From assembly GCA_037143735.1 (NCBI GenBank), contig JBAWYD010000002.1, positions 1 to 48,302 on the forward strand: a stretch of DNA of 48,302 bases. Direction: 5' to 3'. Under the pieces are notes generated by a model. The model made no database searches. It was given only the letters and a program-made list of their open reading frames with translations, and was not told the origin of the DNA. A program made the translations under genes and the position numbers. Of the stretch, positions 1-9,998 are shown one piece after another; position 1 is the first letter of the stretch, and every line of letters begins with the position of its first letter. The stretch comes from Deltaproteobacteria bacterium (GTDB lineage: Bacteria > Desulfobacterota > Syntrophia > Syntrophales > UBA2185).

Positions 1-525
1 CATATTTTCGCAGGCGATGATTTCCGACAGGCGGATGGATATGTTTGATGCGAGTCTGTGAAGCAGGGTCGTATCCATATCGGGTTGATAACGAAGACTG
101 CTAAAGTCTCCATGGTTCAGGCTGCCGATAATTTCCTGGTGGAGGGCAATGGGCGCCACGGCCAGAGATCCGATAAAGAATTTCTTTTTTCTCGGTAATA
201 GTTTGAAAAAAGGCTTCAGGTCTTCGTTGGCCAATACCGGTTTCGTGCCGTCTGCGACGAGGCTGAAGAACGATGTTTCATCTACGATATTGATTCGGTC
301 TTTCAGGAGTTTTGACCTTGTCAGGGACTGAATCACACCGGCCAGATACGGCCTGTTGATCATTGAAATCCAGACAAAAGGAATATCGAATTCCTCTTCG
401 ATCTTGATCAGGATTGTTTCAAAGAGTTCCGTCACATCGGAAAAAGAGGGGAGGGATGTTTCGATTTTCATGAATTTTCGAGCAATCTCTTCATTCTTTT
501 TCTTGATGTCATTCACGTCTTTCAT
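1..525 (-). CDS. DUF484-like (GAF-fold) protein, N-terminal 175 codons; the gene runs off the left edge
   Basis: Absent from the ORF track because there is no stop in the window. My own minus-strand translation from ATG 525..523 is open for all 175 codons: MKDVNDIKKKNEEIARKFMKIETSLPSFSDVTELFETILIKIEEEFDIPFVWISMINRPYL...GSLAVAPIALHQEIIGSLNHGDFSSLRYQPDMDTTLLHRLASNISIRL. It resembles DUF484 proteins by recall. The two plus-strand ORFs here (149..331, 356..544) look like shadows. Confidence 0.5.
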   Translation of the reverse strand, partial: MKDVNDIKKKNEEIARKFMKIETSLPSFSDVTELFETILIKIEEEFDIPFVWISMINRPYLAGVIQSLTRSKLLKDRINIVDETSFFSLVADGTKPVLANEDLKPFFKLLPRKKKFFIGSLAVAPIALHQEIIGSLNHGDFSSLRYQPDMDTTLLHRLASNISIRLSEIIACENM

Positions 526-535
526 AGCGGCCCCT

Positions 536-1324
536 TTACGATAGTTCAAATTCGGCAATGAGAACCGTGTGGTCAGATGGCTTGTCCGCCAGCCTCGGGT
601 TCATGTCAATCTCGCAATTCATTGATTTTTCCGCAAGTGATCCCGTGGCGAGGATATGATCAACCCGCCAGCCAAGTCCCCTTTCGACAGATCCCGGGAC
701 CCGGTAATCAAAAAAGGTGTAGTGACCCGGTTCTCCGGGATGAAATTTCCTGAAGATGTCCTGAAATCCCCAGGATTTTACGCCATCGAAGGCCTCCCAT
801 ACTTCAGGGGTGAAACAGACATGGCCCAGAAGTCTCCTGGGATCATGAACATCAATGGTCTCCGGCGCCACATTGAGATCGCCGCACCAGACGAGGGGCA
901 TAGCGGACGAGCAGGATTTTTCCAGATATTTCCTGAGACGTTTGAACCACCGGAGTTTGTATGCAAACTGCTGACTCTCTCGCTCACGTCCCTGGGGCAC
1001 GTAGGTGTTCAATATGGAAATACCCGAAAAGGTTCCCCTGACGAGGCGATCTTCGTCGGACGGCTCGTCGTCTTCAAACCCGAAAGAGACAGCTTCCGGT
1101 TTTTTCAGAGAAGCCGTGGCCACGCCGTTATATTGCTTCTCACCCCTGAAAACAACCTGATAGCCCGCGTCTTCAAAGTCGTGGATGGGGAACTTGTCAT
1201 CGTGGACTTTGGTTTCCTGCATGCACAGAACATCCGGGCTGTTTTCGCGCAACCAGGGGATGATAATGTGGAGCCGTGAACGTATGGAGTTGACATTGTA
1301 TGTGGCTATCTTAAAGGTTCCCAT
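536..1324 (-). CDS. xthA: exodeoxyribonuclease III (AP endonuclease, EEP fold)
   Basis: 262 aa. N-terminus [13 protein letters not shown]...LCMQETK, then WCGDLNVAP and C-terminal [10 protein letters not shown], all typical of the Xth family. Confidence 0.9.
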   Translation of the reverse strand: MGTFKIATYNVNSIRSRLHIIIPWLRENSPDVLCMQETKVHDDKFPIHDFEDAGYQVVFRGEKQYNGVATASLKKPEAVSFGFEDDEPSDEDRLVRGTFSGISILNTYVPQGRERESQQFAYKLRWFKRLRKYLEKSCSSAMPLVWCGDLNVAPETIDVHDPRRLLGHVCFTPEVWEAFDGVKSWGFQDIFRKFHPGEPGHYTFFDYRVPGSVERGLGWRVDHILATGSLAEKSMNCEIDMNPRLADKPSDHTVLIAEFELS

Positions 1325-1390
1325 GGACCAATCCTCTTTTTATAGAGCGCAAAATATCATGGCAAGCATCGATGTTCAAGGGTTTTCGGC

Positions 1391-3088
1391 TCATGATTCT
1401 GTCGATAGCGCCTTCTTTAATTCCCCCGAGAGAAGCTGTTTGCTGACACCATGATCGATAAAATCCCAGGGGAGGGTTTCGCCGGTGTTCTTCCGACGGT
1501 AAACATAGAAATCAGGGTTCACATTGATTTCTTTGAAGGTTCTGGACCAGTTGCCTCCATTCTCATGAACCGACAGGAGAATTTTCCCTACTTTCCTGTC
1601 ACCAAGGGATAACAGGGCCTGGATGTAATTCCATTTCGGGATGTCATGAATAATTTTTATAGAGGGTTCCCTGGAAAGGACGCTCTTAATTTTCCTGATC
1701 CTCCGCCGGACCGTATTGGTGTCTTCCAAAGGATACCATTGAAAAGGCGTCACAGCTTTGGGAATAAACTGATTGATGCTGATGGTGATGCGTCTGAAGG
1801 GCGCCTTCCCCTCCGTTCTCTTCACGGCCTGATGTTTAATTTTCTTAACGAGACGGATGATGGCTTCAATATCGTCTTCCGTCTCCGTCGGCAGTCCTAC
1901 CATAAAATAGAGCCTGATCCTGACAATGCCGTGTTCTATGAGGGATTCAACGGCGTTTAAGACCTGTTCTTCTGTAATCCCTTTGTTGATAACGTTTCTC
2001 AGTCGCTGACTGCCCGCTTCCGGAGCGAGCGCTACCGTTTGTATACCCGTTTCCTGAAGGAGAAGCGCCATTTTCCCGTCCAGGCGGTCAAGCCGGAGGG
2101 AGCCTAAAGAAACGTTACCATTTTTTCCCATGATGTACTCATGAAGATTAAGCAGGTCCGGATGGTCGGAGACGGCAGTCCCAAGCAACCCGATTTTCTT
2201 CCCCTTCCCGATTCCCTGGAGAAATGAGGGCTCGAGTGTTTCAAGATTCCTGAATCTGGCGGGCCGGAAGAGAAAACCCGCCGCACAGAACCGGCATCCT
2301 CGCCGGCATCCTCTGCTGACTTCCGTAAGAAAAATGTCCTTAAATTCTGCATCAGGCGTCATGACGCACTGATCCGTTGTGAACGCGTTTATATCCCTGA
2401 TCCATCGTTTTGTAATCTTTTCCGGTAATGAAGGGTCGACAGGCTTAATCTCCTCTATGAGATGGTCGGACCTGTAAGTGACGGCGTATAACCTCGGACA
2501 ATATGTTCCTTCAATTTCTTTCTGGATATTAAAGAGCATCTCGTCTTTGCCAAGACCTTCTCGACAAGACTGTTCAAATTTCTCAAGAAATTCCGGCAGG
2601 ATCTCTTCCCCCTCACCGATGAGAAAAAGATCGAAAAAATCCGTTAGAGGTTCGGGGTTGAGGGTTACGGCAATGCCGCCGCAGATAACAAGGGGCTCCC
2701 TTTCTTTCCTTTCCGCAGCGCTGAGGGTGATTCCTGACATGTCCAAAATTTTTAAAATATTGGGATAATCATTTTCATAGGAGATCGAAAAAGCAACGAT
2801 ATCGAAATCTGACAGGGGCTTCTGTGACTCCAGACTGAAGAGGGGGGGTGATCCCGGGGTGAAGAAAACGTCATCCCCGGGATCGGGAAGGAAGGCTCTT
2901 TCACAGAGGAAGGAGCTGTGGCGATTTATAAGTGCATAGATTGTCTGAAAACCGAGGCTGGACATCCCGGTGCGATAGGTGTTTGGATATGTAATACAAA
3001 CAGTTAGACATTTTCCCCAGACTTTTTTTTGATACCCTTCTTCACGGGTTAAAAGACCGCTGTATTTTCTTTTAAGGGTCCATGACAT
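1391..3088 (-). CDS. B12-binding-domain-type radical SAM protein (TIGR03960-like), function unknown
   Basis: 565 aa. CxxxCxxC cluster motif SRGCRRGCRFCAAGF. The N-terminal PNTYRTGMSSLGFQTIYALIN segment is typical of this subfamily. The gene starts 12 nt downstream of the ftsZ stop. Confidence 0.7.
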   Translation of the reverse strand: MSWTLKRKYSGLLTREEGYQKKVWGKCLTVCITYPNTYRTGMSSLGFQTIYALINRHSSFLCERAFLPDPGDDVFFTPGSPPLFSLESQKPLSDFDIVAFSISYENDYPNILKILDMSGITLSAAERKEREPLVICGGIAVTLNPEPLTDFFDLFLIGEGEEILPEFLEKFEQSCREGLGKDEMLFNIQKEIEGTYCPRLYAVTYRSDHLIEEIKPVDPSLPEKITKRWIRDINAFTTDQCVMTPDAEFKDIFLTEVSRGCRRGCRFCAAGFLFRPARFRNLETLEPSFLQGIGKGKKIGLLGTAVSDHPDLLNLHEYIMGKNGNVSLGSLRLDRLDGKMALLLQETGIQTVALAPEAGSQRLRNVINKGITEEQVLNAVESLIEHGIVRIRLYFMVGLPTETEDDIEAIIRLVKKIKHQAVKRTEGKAPFRRITISINQFIPKAVTPFQWYPLEDTNTVRRRIRKIKSVLSREPSIKIIHDIPKWNYIQALLSLGDRKVGKILLSVHENGGNWSRTFKEINVNPDFYVYRRKNTGETLPWDFIDHGVSKQLLSGELKKALSTES

Positions 3089-3100
3089 GTTTAATTTCGG

Positions 3101-4252
3101 CTAATCCGCCTGTCTTCTCAGGAATGTCGGTATTTCAAGGTCCATCTGGTCAATATCATCCACCATGCCCAGCTTGACCACATTCATGTTCTCAATGGGC
3201 TTTTCCTGCCTGATGAAGGTCGGCATGGACAGATCTTCTCTCTTATGTCTGCCGATACGGGAGATGCCTGTCAGCGTCTGTTTTTTCTTTCCCGCTTCTT
3301 CAAAACCGGTCGCAATGACGGTGATGCGGATTTCATCCTCCATGGATTCATCCACCACCGTTCCGAAGATGATATTCGCATCCTCATGAGCTTCCGCCTG
3401 GATCAGGGAAGAGGCTTCATTGATTTCAAACAGGGTCATATCCGGTCCGCCTGTGATATTGAGGAGAATGCCGTGGGCTCCCTGGATCGTGTTATCTTCC
3501 AGAAGTGGGGAGGATATCGCCTTCTGTGCCGCTTCGATGGCTCTGTTGTCTCCGCAGGCGATACCGGTGCCCATGAGAGCCATTCCCATGCCGGACATGA
3601 TGTTCTTTACGTCGGCAAAATCAAGATTGATCAATCCCGGAACCATAATGAGATCAGAAATCCCTTTCACGGCGTGATACAGGATATCGTCCGCCCTCTT
3701 GAAGGCCTCCAGGAGAGATAGATTTTTTCCACCAAGGCTGAGGAGCCTCTGATTGGGAACGATGATAATGGTATCCACGATCTGTCTCAATTCGGCGATT
3801 CCTTCTTCTGCCTGCACATTCCTTTTTTTCCCTTCAAAGTGAAAAGGTTTTGTGACGACAGCAACGGTCAAAATGCCGAGCTCTTTAGAGATTTCTGCTA
3901 CGATGGGGGCGCCTCCTGTTCCAGTCCCGCCGCCAAGTCCGGCGGTAATGAAAACCATGTCGGCCCCCTCGAGATATTCCTTCAGGATATCCTTTGTTTC
4001 CATGGCGGCGCTTCTGCCTACTTCAGGGTCAGAGCCTGCTCCGAGACCCTTTGTCGCTTCGGCGCCAAGTTGAAGCTTGACCGGCGAAGCGGATGCTTTC
4101 AGCGCTTGGGCATCTGTGTTTGCCGCGATAAATTCAACACCCTTCAGATTGTACGATATCATGGTGTTGACAGCGTTACCACCGCCTCCACCGATACCGA
4201 TCACCTTAATTTTCGCCGTGTTTACCGGATCTGACTCAACAAATTCAAACAT
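3101..4252 (-). CDS. ftsZ: cell division GTPase FtsZ
   Basis: Tubulin signature [14 protein letters not shown]-terminal [16 protein letters not shown]-terminal peptide [13 protein letters not shown]. Confidence 0.98.
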   Translation of the reverse strand: MFEFVESDPVNTAKIKVIGIGGGGGNAVNTMISYNLKGVEFIAANTDAQALKASASPVKLQLGAEATKGLGAGSDPEVGRSAAMETKDILKEYLEGADMVFITAGLGGGTGTGGAPIVAEISKELGILTVAVVTKPFHFEGKKRNVQAEEGIAELRQIVDTIIIVPNQRLLSLGGKNLSLLEAFKRADDILYHAVKGISDLIMVPGLINLDFADVKNIMSGMGMALMGTGIACGDNRAIEAAQKAISSPLLEDNTIQGAHGILLNITGGPDMTLFEINEASSLIQAEAHEDANIIFGTVVDESMEDEIRITVIATGFEEAGKKKQTLTGISRIGRHKREDLSMPTFIRQEKPIENMNVVKLGMVDDIDQMDLEIPTFLRRQAD

Positions 4253-4268
4253 AACCCTCCCTCCCCAA

Positions 4269-5489
4269 TTAAAAGAATTCTAAAAACCACTTTTTTATTT
4301 TCCTTGTTGTGTTGATAAAAATATTTCCTTCGCCCTTCGGGTCTTTCGACAGATTTTTACTGCCATACATAACCAACCCGACGCCTGTGGCATATATCGG
4401 ACTGTTGATTAGATCCGTCAGCCCTCCTACACCCGTCGGATACCCTTTCCTGACCGGCATGTTGAAAACATGTTCAGCCAGTTCTGTGATGCCGTCCAGG
4501 ATGGATGTCCCCCCTGTTAACACAATGCCAGCAGCCAGAATGTCTTCATAACCTGATTTGACGATTTCCCTGTAGGCCATATTAAGGATTTCCTCCATAC
4601 GGGGTTCTATGATCCTGCCAAGGATCTGTCGCGAAACGCCTCTTGGTTCTCTTCCTCCTACACTTGGAACTTCTATGACTTCGTCCTTCGGAATCAATGA
4701 TGCGAAGGCGCAGCCATATTTAATTTTTATTTTTTCAGCATCCGAAAGTGGTGTTCGGAGCCCCGTGGCAATATCACTGGTCAGATAATTTCCCCCAACC
4801 GGCAGGACAGCCGTATGTTTAACGCTTCCTTCATAAAATACGGCGATGTCCGTAGTGCCCCCTCCGATATCCAGCAGGGCCACCCCAAGATCCTTCTCGT
4901 CATTACTTAGAACGGCTTCACTGGATGCCAGTTGTTCCAGAATGATATCGTTAATTTCCAGCCCGACCCGGTTAACGGATTTAACAATGTTTTGTATGGA
5001 TGTCACGGATCCGGTCACAATATGTACCTTGGCCTCGAGGCGGACGCCAGACATTCCAACCGGGTCTCTGACGCCATCCTGATCATCGACGACAAAGCTC
5101 TGGGGGAGGGTTTGAATAATTTCCCTGTCCAGGGGAATGGCAATGGCCCTCGCTGCCTCAATGGCCCTTTGTACGTCCTCGTCATCAACCTCTCGACCCT
5201 TGACAGCGACAATGCCGAGGCTGTTTTGCCCCTTGATGTGTCCACCGGCGACACCGGCGTACACAGAGCTGATTTCGCAGCCCGACATGTGCTCAGCCTC
5301 TTCAACGGCCTTTTTAATCGTCTCTACGGTGTTTTCGATGTTGACCACGACCCCTTTTCTCAGACCGTCCGAGGGATGGGATCCTATGCCGATAATGTCG
5401 ATGCCCGTATCTGTAATTTCAGCGACAACGGCACAAGTTTTTGTGGTGCCTATATCCAATCCGACAATCACATGCCCTTTCTTAGCCAT
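4269..5489 (-). CDS. ftsA: cell division protein FtsA
   Basis: Actin-fold motif [12 protein letters not shown]-terminal amphipathic membrane-targeting helix [11 protein letters not shown]. Start trimmed to ATG 5489 ([15 protein letters not shown]), which gives a canonical N-terminus. The ORF-track start is a GTG at 5543 that adds 18 aa. Confidence 0.93.
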   Translation of the reverse strand: MAKKGHVIVGLDIGTTKTCAVVAEITDTGIDIIGIGSHPSDGLRKGVVVNIENTVETIKKAVEEAEHMSGCEISSVYAGVAGGHIKGQNSLGIVAVKGREVDDEDVQRAIEAARAIAIPLDREIIQTLPQSFVVDDQDGVRDPVGMSGVRLEAKVHIVTGSVTSIQNIVKSVNRVGLEINDIILEQLASSEAVLSNDEKDLGVALLDIGGGTTDIAVFYEGSVKHTAVLPVGGNYLTSDIATGLRTPLSDAEKIKIKYGCAFASLIPKDEVIEVPSVGGREPRGVSRQILGRIIEPRMEEILNMAYREIVKSGYEDILAAGIVLTGGTSILDGITELAEHVFNMPVRKGYPTGVGGLTDLINSPIYATGVGLVMYGSKNLSKDPKGEGNIFINTTRKIKKWFLEFF

Positions 5490-5580
5490 AGTTTGTCTGT
5501 ATTTCCTCCTTTGCGGACTTTCTGCAGTAGTCAACGATACCACCCGTTTTGATCCATTAAATATTTGCCGCTGACGGACG

Positions 5581-6426
5581 TCATGTTCTCAATTCTTTCT
5601 TTGATCCCGGCGGCGCCGCGGGCCCCAGGACGTTCCTTCTCTGAACGGTTATCTTTGTAGGATCACTGAGATCAATGAGTAAATATCCCGGTTTGAGATT
5701 CCTCCTGTCCAGATCAGCCATGACAGGCGCCAGGCGCTTTAACTTATTATCATAATTGTCGAATCCGAGTTGAAGGCAAAGACCGCTGTCCGTAAAGAGG
5801 GAGAGCCCGAACACCTCGTGGCCGTGAATCTCAGAAACCCGGCTTATTGCCGGAAAATCTTTTAAGTTTGAAAGGAAACTCAACAGTTCCAAGGATTTGT
5901 TTAAAAGATGGACATTCGTTTTATCTTCAGCGTAACATCCGCTCAGCACAGGAAGGTCCGTTTCATCGCCATTCTGGAGTTTTTTAAAGGGAATACCTTC
6001 GTGGTCCAGCAGATAAAAACCGCGGTCCCGCTTGACCAGAGCAACTGCCGTTCTTTCGCGGATCTCGATAACCAGCCGGTTGGGCAGTTCTCTTCCGATA
6101 TAAACGTCTTTTACCCATGGATTTGAGGCAATCCTCCTGGTTACCACATCCAGATTAATAGACAGGAGACTTTGAAAAGGTTTGACAGCAGCGAGTGTTA
6201 ATACATCTTTTTCTGTAAGCTCCTTGCACCCCTTCACAATCGTTTCCTTGATCTGGAAACAGGTTGAATTGACGACATAATGGTAGCCATGGATCATGGT
6301 CGCTGTGATCGCTAAAATAACAACAACCAATAGGATAGCTTTGGAAACTTCCTGCAGGATGCTCCTGCCGTGTCTCTTAAAACGGTTTTTTCGCGTTTCC
6401 AGTTTGGTTTTGAAACGGTTTTTCAT
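5581..6426 (-). CDS. ftsQ: cell division protein FtsQ (POTRA domain)
   Basis: 281 aa with a basic N-terminus and a single TM (ILLVVVILAITATMIHGY). Sits between murB and ftsA. 4-nt overlap with murB. Confidence 0.85.
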   Translation of the reverse strand: MKNRFKTKLETRKNRFKRHGRSILQEVSKAILLVVVILAITATMIHGYHYVVNSTCFQIKETIVKGCKELTEKDVLTLAAVKPFQSLLSINLDVVTRRIASNPWVKDVYIGRELPNRLVIEIRERTAVALVKRDRGFYLLDHEGIPFKKLQNGDETDLPVLSGCYAEDKTNVHLLNKSLELLSFLSNLKDFPAISRVSEIHGHEVFGLSLFTDSGLCLQLGFDNYDNKLKRLAPVMADLDRRNLKPGYLLIDLSDPTKITVQRRNVLGPAAPPGSKKELRT

Positions 6427-7352
6427 CCGTTTTCTCCAATGACCCTGATTTCGGGTTCAAGATGGATGCCTCTCTCTTCCCAGACTTTCTTTTTAACCAT
6501 ATCCATCAGCGCCAGGATATCCGCCGCTTTTGCATTTCCCGTATTGACAATGAAATTTCCATGTTTCTCCGATATTTTCGCACCACCGATCTGAGCGCCC
6601 TTGAGGCCGAGGTCGTCAATGATCTGACCTGCGGGCATACCCTTCGGATTCTTGAATACGGAACCGGCATTACGGTGTTCCAGGGGATGTTTTTCCTTCC
6701 TGATTTCGAGAATTTCGCGAATTCTATCCTGAATTTTTTCCTTAATTCCCTTAGATAGCAGGAATGAGGCGCTGACGATGATAGATCCTTCCGGCAGTTC
6801 CAGGTGTCTGTACTCGAATTTGAGAGACTTTCTCTTGAATTCCGCAATGCCTCCATTCGTGTTCATAGCGCTGACGGTCTCAATTACATCCTTGATTTCA
6901 TTTCCATAAGCGCCGGCGTTCATCCTGACCGCCCCTCCGACGCTGCCTGGGATGCCGGCGCAAAACTCCATCCCCGTGAGGGATTCAACGGCAGACAAAC
7001 GGACAATATCTGAAAGGCAGGCGCCCGCTTCCGCATCAACAGAAACATGATGGGCGTTCCTGTCCGTCCGGGCCACATGGCTGATGCATTGAAGAGAAAT
7101 GATGACGCCCCGGTAGCCGCCGTCTTTTATGATCAGGTTCGTCCAGTTACCGACGGGGATGAAGGGTATCCCGACACTACCTATGAAGGAGATGGTCTGC
7201 CGCAGTTCATCCCTGCTTTTAGGAAAAACAAGGGCGTCAACCCTGCCGCCCACTCCGATCGATGTGTGTCGCTCCGCCAATTCGTCAAATAGAATGTTGC
7301 CGGACACTATATCCGTCAAGGTTCGGCGGAACTGCTCATTTTGCACGTTCAT
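6423..7352 (-). CDS. murB: UDP-N-acetylenolpyruvoylglucosamine reductase
   Basis: 309 aa. FAD-binding TSIGVGG...PFIPVGNWTNL and GAQIGGAKISEKHGNFIVN motifs typical of MurB. Confidence 0.93.
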   Translation of the reverse strand: MNVQNEQFRRTLTDIVSGNILFDELAERHTSIGVGGRVDALVFPKSRDELRQTISFIGSVGIPFIPVGNWTNLIIKDGGYRGVIISLQCISHVARTDRNAHHVSVDAEAGACLSDIVRLSAVESLTGMEFCAGIPGSVGGAVRMNAGAYGNEIKDVIETVSAMNTNGGIAEFKRKSLKFEYRHLELPEGSIIVSASFLLSKGIKEKIQDRIREILEIRKEKHPLEHRNAGSVFKNPKGMPAGQIIDDLGLKGAQIGGAKISEKHGNFIVNTGNAKAADILALMDMVKKKVWEERGIHLEPEIRVIGENG

Positions 7353-8718
7353 GGCCTGACCTTTTTAAAAACGCCTCTCCGATTTTCCAGACGTTTCCCG
7401 CACCCTGGGTGATAATGACATCCGTCGGTTTTGCCGTGGTCACAAGGTGGTTTACGATGTCGTCAAAACCGGGAATGTAGGTGACATCACTATGGCCGCT
7501 ACGACGAATCCCTTCGCAGAGGGTCAGGGCATTCACTCCCGGTATAGGGTCTTCACTGGCTGCATAAATGTCCGTTACGATCAGGGTGTCTGCATCCGGA
7601 AAAGACGTCAGAAATTCTTCAAAGAGGGCATTGGTCCGGGTATAGCGGTGGGGCTGGAATACGACGACGATCCTGTCCTTCCATACCTGTCTCGCCGCAG
7701 CAAGGGTTTCTCTGATTTCTGTGGGATGATGGCCGTAATCGTCAACCACAGTAACGCCGTGAGCCGTTCCCTTGACCTCGAGTCTGCGGTGGACGCCGAC
7801 AAAGCGATTCAATCCCTCGAAAATGGTTGAAAATTCCATATCGAATTCCCGGGCAACGGCAATCGTTGCCAGGGAATTATAAACGTTGAACCTGCCGGGA
7901 ACATTTATGGTTACGTCCCCGCAGGGCTCTTCCTTGTAAAAGAGAGAAAATGTGGAAGATGAACCGGCAAAATGTATGTCACCGGCCCGATAGTCCGCCG
8001 GAGACGTGAGACCATATGTAATCGTCTTTCTTTTAATTTTAGGCAGGATGGTCTTTACATTTTCATCATCAAGGCAAAGGATGGTTGAACCGTAAAAGGG
8101 GACGATATTGGCGAATTGTAAAAAAGCCTCTTTGATTTCCTCTATGTCCCTGTAATAATCGAGGTGTTCACGGTCTATATTGGTAATGACTGCAAGCGAT
8201 GGAGATAATTTGAGAAAGGAGCCGTCGCTCTCATCGGCCTCGGCCACAATGACCTCTCCGTTTCCCATTTTCGCGTTGCTCCCGATACTGGCAAGCTTCC
8301 CTCCGATGACCATGGTGGGATCAAGACCTCCGTGAGCGAGGACGGTGGAAACCATGGATGTGGTGGTCGTTTTCCCGTGACTTCCCGATACGGCAATGGA
8401 AAATTTCATTTTCAGGAGTTCAGCCAGCATTTCGGCGCGGGGGATGACGGGGATCCCTCTTCTATGGGCTTCCAAAACTTCGGGATTATCCGCTTTAACG
8501 GCTGTGGATGTGACGGCCACGTCGGCGCCGCCCAGGTGGGAGGCGTCATGACCGGCAAAAATTCTGGCGCCGAGGGCTGCCAGTCTTTGTGTAATATCGG
8601 ACTGACTGAGATCCGAACCGCTGATGGTGTATCCCAGGTTGAGAAGTACTTCCGCGATGCCGCTCATGCCGATGCCACCTATACCCACAAAGTGGATATT
8701 CTTCACTTTTCTATGCAT
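7336..8718 (-). CDS. murC: UDP-N-acetylmuramate--L-alanine ligase
   Basis: IHFVGIGGIGMSGIAEVL and Mur-ligase P-loop GSHGKTTTTSM. Start trimmed to ATG 8718, which is preceded by GGAGAG (ccggagagatctgATG). The ORF-track start at 8763 adds 15 aa. Confidence 0.94.
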   Translation of the reverse strand: MHRKVKNIHFVGIGGIGMSGIAEVLLNLGYTISGSDLSQSDITQRLAALGARIFAGHDASHLGGADVAVTSTAVKADNPEVLEAHRRGIPVIPRAEMLAELLKMKFSIAVSGSHGKTTTTSMVSTVLAHGGLDPTMVIGGKLASIGSNAKMGNGEVIVAEADESDGSFLKLSPSLAVITNIDREHLDYYRDIEEIKEAFLQFANIVPFYGSTILCLDDENVKTILPKIKRKTITYGLTSPADYRAGDIHFAGSSSTFSLFYKEEPCGDVTINVPGRFNVYNSLATIAVAREFDMEFSTIFEGLNRFVGVHRRLEVKGTAHGVTVVDDYGHHPTEIRETLAAARQVWKDRIVVVFQPHRYTRTNALFEEFLTSFPDADTLIVTDIYAASEDPIPGVNALTLCEGIRRSGHSDVTYIPGFDDIVNHLVTTAKPTDVIITQGAGNVWKIGEAFLKRSGHERAK

Positions 8719-8837
8719 CAGATCTCTCCGGTGGCTATTTTTTACTTTATCCATTGAATACACGCCGTCCGTTTGATTTAACGTTCCGCGATTAAATTAC
8801 CGTATCTTGTGTATAATGTTATTCACATACACTATAT

Positions 8838-8866
8838 ATTGTATCTAATCCATAAAAATATTTAAA
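8838..8866 (-). promoter_or_regulatory. possible internal sigma70-type promoter ahead of murC (TTTAAA-N17-TACAAT on the minus strand)
   Basis: -35 at 8861..8866 and -10 at 8838..8843, inside an AT-rich ~150-bp gap between the murG stop and the murC start. Hexamer match only. Confidence 0.3.
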
Positions 8867-8869
8867 ATT

Positions 8870-9946
8870 TTATTTAGCCATTTTTATGCAGATATCCACA
8901 ATGTCGGAGGCTGCCTTTATGTTTCCCAAACCGGCAGAATGTCCCTCCATCTCTTTAATGATGTGAGGATGTCGACAAAGATATCCTATTGTTTCCGCTA
9001 ACTTTTGCCCGTCGAGGTCCTTCTCTTCTATCATGACGGCAGCGCCCGCCCTGACAAGAACCTCGGCGTTTTTCGTCTGGTGGTCATTGACGGCAAAGGG
9101 AAAGGGAATCAGGATGGCTGCCTTTCCAGTCGCCGTAATTTCGGCAATCGATGTAGCGCCTGCCCTGCAGATGAGCAGGTCTGAAGATCTGTAAGCCTGC
9201 GCCATATCCATGATAAAAGGTAAAATTTCCGCATCCACGCCATGCCTCTTATAGTTCTGAAAAACGTTATCAATATCCTTCTCCCCTGTCTGGTGAATAA
9301 TCCTCAGCCTCTGATCCATATTTTTCAAATGGGGAAGGGCCTCCAGGATGGCGTTATTGATGGCATGAGCTCCTTGGCTTCCACCGAAAACAAGGAGGGT
9401 AAACTTCCCTTCGTTTGCTGTTCTATGCCGGTTTTCCGTAAAGAAAGATGCCCTGACGGGATTTCCGCAGACCGTCGTCTTATTATCGGGAAACCGCTTT
9501 TCCGTGTCAGGAAAGGTTAAAAATATCCTGTCCACAAATTTACCCAGAATGCTGTTGGTCATTCCGGGAAGAGCATTCTGCTCCATGATGGCTGTTCTGA
9601 TGCCCATAAAATGGGCCGTGATCACCGCCGGTCCGGAGGCATAACCTCCCACGCCCATTACAATCCCCGGACGGAAATCCCGGATGACCCTGTATGACTG
9701 CATGATACTCCGGGGCAGCTTGAACAGGGCGCCGAATATTCTTATCAGACCCCTGCCCTTGATGCCCTCCACGTCGAGGGTGCAAAGATCAAAACCCAGA
9801 TTACCGAGAATCTTTTTCTCCAGTCCTCTCTCCGTTCCGATGAACAGGATATGGTTTTGACGGTTTCTTTTTAAGAATTCCTCAGCAACCGCGATTCCCG
9901 GGAAAAGATGTCCCCCTGTGCCCCCTCCTGCAATAATAATCTTCAC
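8870..9946 (-). CDS. murG: undecaprenyldiphospho-muramoylpentapeptide beta-N-acetylglucosaminyltransferase
   Basis: N-terminal G-loop IIAGGGTGGHLFPGIAVA; 358 aa; dcw position. Confidence 0.95.
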   Translation of the reverse strand: MKIIIAGGGTGGHLFPGIAVAEEFLKRNRQNHILFIGTERGLEKKILGNLGFDLCTLDVEGIKGRGLIRIFGALFKLPRSIMQSYRVIRDFRPGIVMGVGGYASGPAVITAHFMGIRTAIMEQNALPGMTNSILGKFVDRIFLTFPDTEKRFPDNKTTVCGNPVRASFFTENRHRTANEGKFTLLVFGGSQGAHAINNAILEALPHLKNMDQRLRIIHQTGEKDIDNVFQNYKRHGVDAEILPFIMDMAQAYRSSDLLICRAGATSIAEITATGKAAILIPFPFAVNDHQTKNAEVLVRAGAAVMIEEKDLDGQKLAETIGYLCRHPHIIKEMEGHSAGLGNIKAASDIVDICIKMAK

Positions 9947-9998
9947 AGCCGTTCTCCGGGATTCCTTCGGGACGTTTCAGGTTTTCGGATGTCTCCCT

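Noticed and set aside
656-1279. 207-aa plus-strand ORF inside xthA
   Set aside because: It lies entirely antisense to a confidently identified gene. The composition is low-complexity and Pro/Arg/Gly-rich with no recognisable motif. Shadow ORF.
4932-5552. 206-aa plus-strand ORF (and 5137..5574) inside ftsA
   Set aside because: Antisense to ftsA, with no SD and no family resemblance. Shadow ORF.
5581-8763. Absence of ddl between murC/murB and ftsQ as a possible deletion
   Set aside because: dcw clusters without ddl (murC-murB-ftsQ order) are a common natural arrangement. There is no remnant or gap at the junctions, which overlap by 17 nt and 4 nt.
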